64,000 bases of DNA, from the NCBI GenBank assembly GCA_964016885.1, contig OZ024746.1, positions 102,362,001 through 102,426,000 of the forward strand, read 5' to 3'. The notes beneath the pieces are model-generated. The model did not search any database and was not told where the DNA came from. It saw only the letters and a program-made list of their open reading frames with translations. Within the stretch, counting starts at the first letter, position 1, and every line of letters starts with the position of its first letter. Positions 1 through 9,830 of the stretch are shown piece after piece. The translations under genes were made by a program, and so were the position numbers. Origin of the DNA: Eledone cirrhosa (lineage: Eukaryota).

Positions 1-76
1 CCAGCTGTAGAAACCAATCCAGAATCAGCTCCCACCCCACCCTTGCAAGCATGGAAAAGCGGACGTATGATGAAGT

Positions 77-121
<45 letters not shown>

Positions 122-687
122 TATATATATACACATATATATATACACACATATATATCAGTGTACATATATATATACATATATATATATATATAAATGA
201 ATATTTATTCAATTTAAAGCGCCAATTATCTATATATAACAAGATATGAATTTTTCTAGGGATGGGGAAATTTTCAGTTTGTTTTTATATTTTCACTTCA
301 TTTTTTACTTTCTATTTAATACAGTCTTTGATCCAATATAATCCTGACAGTATTTGAACCAGTTTACCTCATATATATGTATGCACACACAACACTCAAG
401 TTTCGCCATCTACTGCTATTTCATTCATATTTATTGTTTAATTAACTCTGGTCTAATTCATCAACTATTGTTAATTATATTATTACGTAGATTTCTTATA
501 AAATCTAGTGCATATATACGTGTATATATACAGGGAGACACTGTAATAGATGTAAAGAGAGTGGGAGATAGAGTTATAGAAGTAAAGAGAGGGGGAGAAA
601 TAAGCGGTAGATAGAGTAATAGATGTAAAGAGAGGGTTAGAACGTTCAACTTGACAGTCAGTACAATGTTCAGCATGGTAGCCAGTA

Positions 688-759
688 CATATGCCAACTA
701 CCCAACCGGCCAGCCAGCCGCATATGCGGTTGACTGGCCAGTTGGGCGGTTGGTATGTG
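688..759. repeat. 72-bp imperfect palindrome (36-bp arms, centre CCGCATATGCGG), one per unit
   Basis: CATATGCCAACTACCCAACCGGCCAGCCAGCCGCAT vs reverse complement of right arm: 29/36 matches, all 7 differences are transitions. Other copies: 6613-6684, 12497-12568, 18372-18443, 24230-24301, 33936-34007, 39926-39997, 45843-45914, 51010-51081, 56827-56898, 62642-62713. Confidence 0.92.
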
Positions 760-862
760 GAACGTTCAACTACGCAGTCAGTACCAAAGTTCAACATTGT
801 AGCCAGTGCATATGCCGATCGCCGCGCCCTCTTTGCTCTATTTTAATGACCTGGAACTAAGT

Positions 863-975
863 AAAAAGAGTAGGAGATAACTCGACAAGAGCGGAGAGGG
901 TGAGATTCGAACCATGTAAAGTCGTTGGCTCCTGAAGTTCGTAAGCGGGGCTGCTACTGACTGAGCAGCGCCGGC
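863..975 (-). ncRNA. Candidate Pol III tRNA-like small RNA unit (~113 nt), unit 1
   Basis: Minus strand: TATAAG ~34 nt upstream, GCCGGCGCTGCTCAGTCAGTAGCAGC (A-box/D-arm-like), B box GGTTCGAATCT (903-913), TTTTT (863-867); no canonical cloverleaf. Confidence 0.5.
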
Positions 976-1279
976 AGCAAGGCAAATCGCGCATAAAATA
1001 ACGCTTATATCGACAAAAAAAAAAAAAAAATTTCAATGTTGCACTCTTGTTTGTTGTTCTTTTATTTTACGTAAACATTTCGCTGCTCTAGCCTCTTATT
1101 TCCTATTAGATTACACTTAATTCCATTAAACATTCATTCTTAGTCTCGTGGTAAACTATTTCATCTATATTTATATCGCTGTTACAGCCTTTTATTTCTA
1201 CATCTATCACCTATAGCCACTGTTACGCCGGTAGTATAAGTAGCTTTATAACAAGAAACGATGATATAACTCCACAAAA

Positions 1280-1325
1280 TGTCTTCTTCAGCAAGACACT
1301 TCACTTCATATTGCTCCAGTACACC
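1280..1325 (+). mobile_element. Short SINE core fragment (in every unit)
   Basis: CTT(C/G)AGCAAGACACTTCACTTCATATTGCTCCAGT matches the body of the minus-strand SINE at 4805-4946. Confidence 0.65.
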
Positions 1326-1970
1326 GAGTTACACATAGACAGATACATACATACATACACAGATAGAAATGAGAGGTAGATAGAGTAAAAGATTTAAAGA
1401 GAGTGTGAGAAGTACGAGTTAGATAGTGTAAAAGATTTAAAGAGAGGGTGAGAGTGTGACACACATTTATCTGTCTATCTCTCTCTATTTTAACACCGGT
1501 CGTTATAATTAGTTTTATAACACCGCTATATTACCGACATGAAAGAGGTAAATAATTATTTCTTAAATGTTTAGAACATGTTTCTCTTGTCTTCTTAAAT
1601 GTATAGAACATGTTTCTTATTTATATTCTTAACATAGCTAGGACCTTATCTCATTTACTGGTCTCTACTTTTAGGACTTTGCTGGTCCCATGTGCCCTCC
1701 ATGAAGACACACTCGCCCCTTCTCTCTCAGTCTCCGTACTAATTACTACACATACGTATATATATTTATTTTAAGAAACCTTAATGACAAATAATATAAA
1801 GTGTTTGTAAAGTGGGGAAGAGTAGTTTTACGGTGGGGTTGTTATATAGATATCGTTTTTGCAGTGGGGTCGTGACTGGCGTATAATAATGAGTCACTGT
1901 TGATGTATATACAAATCATGTTTTGGATATAAGTGAAGTTATTTAAGAGATTTAGTTGTTTTGTATACAT

Positions 1971-3947
1971 TCATAACGGTACGCGATGGGACCCACCCAC
2001 AGCCCCGGCGGACAGAATGGAGAAGGCGTTTCCCCGGAGCACGGCAAGGGAGACGCGCTGGAAAAGCCACTCCAACTCGCGGGGCTCACACCTGCGGCTG
2101 GCCAGCTCAGCGCCTATGGTGGTGAGTAAGGAGGTAGCCCTGGGGCCGAGGACACCAGAAGTCTCCACTTCCAGGGGTACGACCGCAAACCTGTCGGAGA
2201 GTGAACGATATGTGAGGAGTTTGGCCCCCTCAGCCTGACGTGCAGCAGAACCTGGGCCAGTCGCAGACTGCACCAGGTTGCGGCTGCAGAAAGTGTCGGT
2301 GCAAGTGGCATCCCAGACGAGGGGTTTGCCACCGCGGAACGGGAAGATGGTCATGCCATCTAGCCTTTTGCCGTCCCCTCGAGCTGGGAAGGGAAGCCTG
2401 CAGCGTCCAAGCCATGCTTAATGACTTCGTTGAGGGCAGCATGGCGTGGATTGCGGGTGGAGGCCGAAAGAGTCCATGGTGGAACGGCAGCGACATTGGT
2501 GTGAGGCCGAGCCTCAGGGAAACGCCGATGCGCAAGCTATTGTTGTCTAGCTGCGTGCGAGTGGAGAAGGAGGGCAGGGCATGGAGCCAGGCCCCACTGT
2601 GGGGTTTGGAGGCCGCACGAAAACAAACAAGGCGGTGCTGGTCGAGCTGGCACGTGAGCCTGTCTGAGGCCAGGCTGCACTGGATGGCATCCCAAGTGTG
2701 TTGGGGGGACTTGACGTCAACAGGGGGAGAAGGAGGAGGAACGTCTACTGGGCTAAGTCCCAGCCGGTGCCACGTCTCACAGGCGGCCACGCGTTCTCTG
2801 AACACAGAGGGTTCTGTTGTGTTTTGAAGAACCCTGCTGAGATGGACGTGGTACGAGGTTACCGACGAAAGATACGCCGGCAAAGCTAGTGAGATCGGGG
2901 ACTGGAGGCGAAGGTCGCCATACCTGATAGGTAAAGTTGCATATCTCATCGGCTGCTGCTCGGATACAAGTCTGGGTGTAGCACAGAGTGTATAGAGGAG
3001 CTTCGGCATGGCGTAGCAGTTCCTCAGCAGAAAGAGAACTGGGTGGCCATCAATCAAGCCCAGTCGGCTCGTGAGAGTCTGAACTTGATGGTGGAGCGGA
3101 TGGCCGGCGGGTGGATCGGTGAGGGCATCCTCTTTGGGGGTCACCTGAACCTGGCGGAGAATGGACCGCACGTCCAAGACGGAGACTGCAAAGCTTGCAG
3201 CATCGAGGCTGACATTCACCACCTCCGACTTGGCTGAGTTGACCTGGAGGTCGATTCCCGCCAGGGCAGGAACCACCGATTGAAGGTCATGGCAGACCGC
3301 CTGTACGGGCCCACCCAAAGTAGCATCATCCAGATACCAAACGTTGAGAGGGGCCGTTATACTCCGGGCGATGTGGTCAATACCAAGGGTGAACAGGAGG
3401 GGTCCCAAAGGGTTGCCCTGTTGGATCCCAGTAGCCAAGGGTATGACCGCATCAGCAGCATGTCGCATGCTCGGGGCTCCATATGACAGCTAGGCAGAGG
3501 GGGCTCGGCTGAGGCAGGCCTCGAGCAGATGATCCCAGCGTAAAGAGTTGAAGGCATTCCTCATGTCAAACTTGACAATGAGGTGGCTGGAGTCCCTGGA
3601 TGCCGGTTCCGAGTGTTACGGACTTGCAGGTTACCTTGGCAGCCAGCCTCCGGAAGACATTGCCCACAGCAATGGGGCGTATGCCACCCTCTTTCTTCCT
3701 GAGAGCGGTGAAGCTGGCTGAAAAAAAGAGGCCTCGAGCATAAGAGTCCAGGGCGCCATGGATGAGCCTATTGGTGAGCGCCACAATTGCACTCAGAAGG
3801 CGGCGCCCGGCCTCAGCGGAGAGGGGAGATGTCAACTCCTTGAGGAGGCCTGGTCAGAGACCATCAACATCACCGCAGCTGCTAGCTGGGAAGGACCTGA
3901 TGGCGGACATGATGTCTGCATCAGAAGCCACAACGAGCAAGTGTGGA
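1971..3947 (-). mobile_element. 5'-truncated, frameshifted CRE-clade non-LTR retrotransposon (RT + CCHC + restriction-like endonuclease), unit 1
   Basis: Motifs SAIRSFPASS..DGL, ALRKKEGGIRPIAVGNVFRRLAAK, KFDMRNAFNSL, GIQQGNPLGPLLF, WYLDDATLGG, HSGAWLHALP, CRC..H, GKPLVWDATCTDT, FQRVSLAVLRGNA, split over several frames. Confidence 0.88.
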
Positions 3948-4034
3948 TTACAATACAAAACCTCTGAGAATGATTTCTAAGATATTTCACCATAATTAAT
4001 TTTCATCAATATATATTAATATTATTATTGTTTA

Positions 4035-4325
4035 TTAGGTCAGGTGGATTGGCCAGAACAATTCTACTCTTCTTTTTTAGATGTCACGATTTTTCATGGC
4101 ATTCCTGAGATCATTAATCTCCAGCTGGAGATCCAGAGACATCTGATGTATGTAGGTGAACCTCAGTCATCCCACTAGGGTCTTACTATGTTTAGGTATC
4201 CACCACAGGAGCCAGCTCATCAGGTCATCCTACCCTCAGCAGCAATGTCCAGCATCTATTGATTTCCGCTCCCTAGTTATTGTGGTAATCTTCGATATCT
4301 GGGAATATATTTCTTCTGCTTAAGG
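4035..4325 (-). mobile_element. Decayed C-terminal/3' fragment of an RTE/RTEX-like LINE ORF2 (in each full unit)
   Basis: Read-through translation EEIYSQISKITTITRERKSIDAGHCC*G*DDLMSWLLWWIPKHSKTLVG*LRFTYIHQMSLD...DLRNAMKNRDI*KRRV resembles the GH.....W.P.H....GRP..TY....M.R..W end of RTE-group ORF2. Confidence 0.65.
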
Positions 4326-4391
4326 GAGTAATAAATATATAGTTTTAAAAAAAACATATATATACACACACATATATATATGTTGTCATTT

Positions 4392-4537
4392 ATAAGAGTT
4401 CTCTATCAAAAGCCTTCTCTATGTCCAAAGCTAAGTATAGTGGCTTATTTTTCTCTAAGAACCTCTTTTGTAGTTGTCTCACTAAGAAGAGGGCATCTGT
4501 TGCACTTTTCAGCGGCACAAAACCAAACTGCATCTCA
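4392..4537 (-). mobile_element. RTE LINE reverse transcriptase fragment (in each full unit)
   Basis: EMQFGFVPLKSATDALFLVRQLQKRFLEKNKPLYLA-LDIEKAFDR; homologous to the LINE at ~30148-30290. Confidence 0.9.
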
Positions 4538-4587
4538 TACACATACATACATATACATACATACATACATATACACATACATACATA

Positions 4588-4776
4588 CATCATCATCATC
4601 ATCATCATCATCATCATTTCGTTTTAAGTCCGCTTTTTCCCTGCTTGCAAGGGTGGGACGGGAACTGATTCTGGCTTGATTTCTACAGCTGGATGCCCTT
4701 CCTAACACCAACCTCATTTACAGTGAGTGCTGAGTGCTTTTTTGCCGTGGCACCTCCACGACCACTTTGCAGTGGA
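4588..4776 (-). mobile_element. RTE 3' tail / RTE-tailed SINE end with (GAT)n tail (in each full unit)
   Basis: Minus strand GGTGTTAGGAAGGGCATCCAGCTGTAGAAA...GCGGACTTAAAACGAAATGATGATGAT, like the LINE end at 31666-31817. Confidence 0.85.
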
Positions 4777-4804
4777 ATGATATGGACCCCAGTCCCTATC
4801 ATCT

Positions 4805-4946
4805 CATTTCTACAGCTGAGTAAACTGGAGCAATGTGAAATAAAGTGTCTTGCTCAAGGAAACAACACATCACCCGGTCTGAGAATTGAACTCACAACCT
4901 TTCGATTGCCAGGCCAATGCTCGAACCACTAAGCCATGTGCCTCCA
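4805..4946 (-). mobile_element. tRNA-derived SINE head and core (in each full unit)
   Basis: Minus strand GGAGGCACATGGCTTAGTGGTT (A box), GAGTTCAATTCTC (B-box-like), then CCTTGAGCAAGACACTTTATTTCACATTGCTCCAGT core. Confidence 0.8.
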
Positions 4947-5457
4947 TATACATATACATATACATACACATACATATACATACATATATATATACATACA
5001 TACATATATACACATACATACATACACATACATACACATATACATACATATATATACATACATACACATACATAGATATATATATATACATAATATAAAT
5101 ATACACACATACACATACATAAGCATATACACATAAGTATATATACATATACACACGTATATATACATATACATACATACATATATACACATACATACAT
5201 ATATACATACATACACACATATACATACATATATACATATACACATACATACATATACATACATATACACATACATACATATATATATATATACATACAC
5301 ACACATATATACATACACACACATATATACAAACACATACATATACACATATATACACATACATACACATACATATACATACATATACACATATACACTC
5401 ATATATACATATACATACATACACACACATACATACATATATACATATACATACATA
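4947..5457. repeat. Compound (ACAT/AC/AT)n microsatellite, length-variable among units
   Basis: Direct inspection; source of the spurious Y/I/H/C/V/M-rich ORFs. Confidence 0.97.
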
Positions 5458-5458
5458 A

Positions 5459-6005
5459 AGACAAATCCACCTCATGGACGAGAATGCAAGGGCTCCTCCT
5501 CTTTGTTTCGGCCGCGGATGGCTAACCCTAACCCCATCCCCGCTCCCCACTGCTCCCAACCTCCAAACGCAATCCAAAACTTCAGAGTTAGTACCATTAA
5601 TGTAGGCACCTTATAGGGTGGCTCTAACGAGGTTGTAGAAATGCTTGAACGTAAGGAGGTCGATGTTTGTTGTATTCAAGAGACCAGGTGGAGGGGTGGG
5701 TCTGCTAGATTCATCGTGGGTAAAGAACGATGCTATACGCTTTTCTGTGTGGCAAATGACAATGGGCTGGGTATACACATACCACCCCACCGCCCCACCG
5801 CAAAGTGGTCGTGGAGGGGCCGCGGCCAAAAAGCACCCAGCCCACACTGTAAAGCTGACGTGGAGGTGCCACGGAAAAAAAAAAGCACCCAGCACTCACT
5901 GCAAACGGGGTTGGCGTCAGGAAGGGCACCCAGCTGTAGAAACCAATCCAGAATCAGCTCCCACCCCACCCTTGCAAGCATGGAAAAGCGGACGTATGAT
6001 GAAGT

Positions 6006-6006
<1 letters not shown>
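5459..6006 (+). mobile_element. Internally deleted RTE element: APE endonuclease N-terminus fused to 3' tail (in each full unit)
   Basis: FRV(G/S)[42 protein letters not shown] followed directly by tail GGCGTCAGGAAGGGCACCCAGCTGTAGAAAC...GGACGTATGATGA. Approximate other copies: 1-77, 11324-11870, 17209-17755, 23068-23615, 32984-33321, 38746-39293, 44680-45235, 55673-56220, 61492-62039. Confidence 0.85.
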
Positions 6007-6046
<40 letters not shown>

Positions 6047-6120
6047 TATATATATACACATATATATATACACACATATATATCAGTGTACATATATATA
6101 TACATATATATATATATATA
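6007..6120. repeat. (TA)n microsatellite following the RTE tail (in each unit)
   Basis: Direct inspection; also 78-195. Confidence 0.97.
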
Positions 6121-6787
6121 AATGAATATTTATTCAATTTAAAGCGCCAATTATCTATATATAACAAGATATGAATTTTTCTAGGGATGGGGAAATTTTC
6201 AGTTTGTTTTTATATTTTCACTTCATTTTTTACTTTCTATTTAATACAGTCTTTGATCCAATATAATCCTGACAGTATTTGAACCAGTTTACCTCATATA
6301 TATGTATGCACACACAACACTCAAGTTTCGCCATCTACTGCTATTTCATTCATATTTATTGTTTAATTAACTCTGGTCTAATTCATCAACTATTGTTAAT
6401 TATATTATTACGTAGATTTCTTATAAAATCTAGTGCATATATACGTGTATATATACAGGGAGACACTGTAATAGATGTAAAGAGAGTGGGAGATAGAGTT
6501 ATAGAAGTAAAGAGAGGGGGAGAAATAAGCGGTAGATAGAGTAATAGATGTAAAGAGAGGGTTAGAACGTTCAACTTGACAGTCAGTACAATGTTCAGTA
6601 TGGTAGCCAGTACATATGCCAACTACCCAACCGGCCAGCCAGCCGCATATGCGGTTGACTGGCCAGTTGGGCGGTTGGTATGTGGAACGTTCAACTACGC
6701 AGTCAGTACCAAAGTTCAACATTGTAGCCAGTGCATATGCCGATCGCCGCGCCCTCTTTGCTCTATTTTAATGACCTGGAACTAAGT

Positions 6788-6900
6788 AAAAAGAGTAGGA
6801 GATAACTCGACAAGAGCGGAGAGGGTGAGATTCGAACCATGTAAAGTCGTTGGCTCCTGAAGTTCGTAAGCGGGGCTGCTACTGACTGAGCAGCGCCGGC
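6788..6900 (-). ncRNA. Candidate Pol III tRNA-like small RNA unit, unit 2
   Basis: Same as 863-975. Confidence 0.5.
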
Positions 6901-7851
6901 AGCAAGGCAAATCGCGCATAAAATAACGCTTATATCGACAAAAAAAAAAAAAAATTTCAATGTTGCACTCTTGTTTGTTGTTCTTTTATTTTACGTAAAC
7001 ATTTCGCTGCTCTAGCCTCTTATTTCCTATTAGATTACACTTAATTCCATTAAACATTCATTCTTAGTCTCGTGGTAAACTATTTCATCTATATTTATAT
7101 CGCTGTTACAGCCTTTTATTTCTACATCTATCACCTATAGCCACTGTTACGCCGGTAGTATAAGTAGCTTTATAACAAGAAACGATGATATAACTCCACA
7201 AAATGTCTTCTTGAGCAAGACACTTCACTTCATATTGCTCCAGTACACCGAGTTACACATAGACAGATACATACATACATACACAGATAGAAATGAGAGG
7301 TAGATAGAGTAAAAGATTTAAAGAGAGGGTGAGAGTGTGACACACATTTATCTGTCTATCTCTCTCTATTTTAACACCGGTCGTTATAATTAGTTTTATA
7401 ACACCGCTATATTACCGACATGAAAGAGGTAAATAATTATTTCTTAAATGTTTAGAACATGTTTCTCTTGTCTTCTTAAATGTATAGAACATGTTTCTTA
7501 TTTATATTCTTAACATAGCTAGGACCTTATCTCATTTACTGGTCTCTACTTTTAGGGCTTTGCTGGTCCCATGTGCCCTCCATGAAGACACACTCGCCCC
7601 TTCTCTCTCAGTCTCCGTACTAATTACTACACATACGTATATATATTTATTTTAAGAAACCTTAATGACAAATAATATAAAGTGTTTGTAAAGTGGGGAA
7701 GAGTAGTTTTACGGTGGGGTTGTTATATAGATATCGTTTTTGCAGTGGGGTCGTGACTGGCGTATAATAATGAGTCACTGTTGATGTATATACAAATCAT
7801 GTTCTGGATATAAGTGAAGTTATTTAAGAGATTTAGTTGTTTTGTATACAT

Positions 7852-9830
7852 TCATAACGGTACGCGATGGGACCCACCCACAGCCCCGGCGGACAGAATG
7901 GAGAAGGCGTTTCCCCGGAGCACGGCAAGGGAGACGCGCTGGAAAAGCCACTCCAACTCGCGGGGCTCACACCTGCGGCTGGCCAGCTCAGCGCCTATGG
8001 TGGTGAGTAAGGAGGTAGCCCTGGGGCCGAGGACACCAGAAGTCTCCACTTCCAGGGGTACGACCGCAAACCTGTCGGAGAGTGAACAATATGTGAGGAG
8101 TTTGGCCCCCTCAGCCTGACGTGCAGCAGAACCTGGGCCAGTCGCAGACTGCACCAGGTTGCGGCTGCAGAAAGTGTCGGTGCAAGTGGCATCCCAGACG
8201 AGGGGTTTGCCACCGCGGAACGGGAAGATGGTCATGCCATCTAGCCTTTTGCCGTCCCCTCGAGCTGGGAAGGGAAGCCTGCAGCGTCCAAGCCATGCTT
8301 AATGACTTCGTTGAGGGCAGCATGGCGTGGATTGCGGGTGGAGTCCGAAAGAGTCCATGGTGGAACGGCAGCGACATTGGTGTGAGGCCGAGCCTCAGGG
8401 AAACGCCGATGCGCAAGCTATTGTTGTCTAGCTGCGTGCGAGTGGAGAAGGAGGGCAGGGCATGGAGCCAGGCCCCACTGTGGGGTTTGGAGGCTGCACG
8501 AAAACAAACAAGGCGGTGCTGGTCGAGCTGGCACGTGAGCCTGTCTGAGGCCAGGCTGCACTGGATGGCATCCCAAGTGTGTTGGGGGGGACTTGACGTC
8601 AACAGGGGGAGAAGGAGGAGGAACGTCTACTGGGCTAAGTCCCAGCCGGTCCCACGTCTCACAGGCGGCCACGCGTTCTCTGAACACAGAGGGTTCTGTT
8701 GTGTTTTGAAGAACCCTGCTGAAGAGGACGTGGTACGAGGTTACCGACGAAAGATATGCCGGCAAAGCTAGTGAGATCGGGGACTGGAGGCGAAGGCCGC
8801 CATACCTGACAGGTAAAGTTGCATATCTCATCGGCTGCTGCTCGGATACAAGTTTAGGTGTAGCACAGAGTGTATAGAGGAGCTTCGGCATGGCGTAGCA
8901 GTTCCTCAGCAGAAAGAGAACTGGGTGGCCATCAATCAAGCCCAGTCGGCTCGTGAGAGTCTGGACTTGATGGAGGAGCGGATGGCCGGCGGGTGGATCG
9001 GTGAGGGCATCCTCTTTGGGGGGTCACCTGAACCTGGCGGAGAATGGACCGCACGTCCAAGACGGAGACTGCAAAGCTTGCAGCATCGAGGCTGACATTC
9101 ACCACCTCCGACTTGGCTGAGTTGACCTGGAGGTCGATTCCCGCCAGGGCAGGAACCACCGATTGAAGGTCATGGCAGACCGCCTGTACGGGCCCACCCA
9201 AAGTAGCATCATCCAGATACCAAACGTTGAGAGGGGCCGTTATACTCCAGGCGATGTGGTCAATACCAAGGGTGAACAGGAGGGGTCCCAAAGGGTTGCC
9301 CTGTTGGATCCCAGTAGCCAAGGGTATGACCGTATCAGCAGCATGGCGCATGCTTGGGGCTCCATATGACAGGTAGGCAGAGGGGGCTCGGCTGAGGCAG
9401 GCCTCGAGCAGATGATCCCAGCGTAAAGAGTTGAAGGCATTCCTCATGTCAAACTTGACAATGAGGTGGCTGGAGGCCCTGGATGCCGGTTCCGAGTGTT
9501 ACGGACTTGCAGATTACCTTGGCAGCCAGCCTCCGGAAGACATTGCCCACAGCAATGGGGCGTATGCCATCCTCTTTCTTCCTGAGAGCGGTGAGGCTGG
9601 CCGAAAAAAAGAGGCCTCGAGCATAAGAGTCCAGGGCGCCATGGATGAGCCTATTGGTGAGCGCCACAATTGCACTCAGAAGGCGGCGCCCGGCCTCAGC
9701 GGAGAGGGGAGATATCAACTCCTTGAGGAGGCCTGGTCAGAGACCATCAACATCTCCGCAGCTGCTAGCTGGGAAGGACCTGATGGCGGACATGATGTCT
9801 GCATCAGAAGCCACAAGGAGCAAGTGTGGA
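7852..9830 (-). mobile_element. CRE-clade retrotransposon relic, unit 2
   Basis: Same motifs; extra frameshifts in G-runs. Confidence 0.88.

Noticed and set aside
246-280. U7-like Sm site AATTTTTCTAG
   Set aside because: No following 3' stem-loop; AT-rich chance match
640-767. Heat-shock elements GAACGTTC at 640 and 760
   Set aside because: Only two nGAAn units each; no evident Pol II gene
863-975. Canonical tRNA, 7SL, 5S, U6 or typical vault RNA
   Set aside because: No cloverleaf pairing, no recognisable similarity to these RNAs, and no 5'/3' terminal stem as in vault RNAs
1536-1570. Spliced-leader RNA gene (AAGAG|GTAAAT) as a CRE target
   Set aside because: No convincing Sm site or stem-loops after the donor-like motif
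1574-1615. p53-type half-sites GAACATGTTT x2
   Set aside because: 22-bp spacing produced by a local 32-bp duplication; not a canonical element
2230-3468. 412-aa ORF as a functional reverse transcriptase
   Set aside because: Lacks the N-terminal RT motifs (in other frames), has internal deletions and ends out of frame; relic only
4203-4226. Hammerhead core (minus strand CTGATGAG-CTGG-CTC)
   Set aside because: Required GAAA after stem II is absent; lies in LINE coding relic
5522-5535. Telomeric (TAACCC)2
   Set aside because: Only two units, inside an RTE fragment
4870-5577. Long Y/I/H/T or C/V/M/Y-rich ORFs in each unit and at 28347-29155
   Set aside because: Translations of stop-free micro/minisatellites
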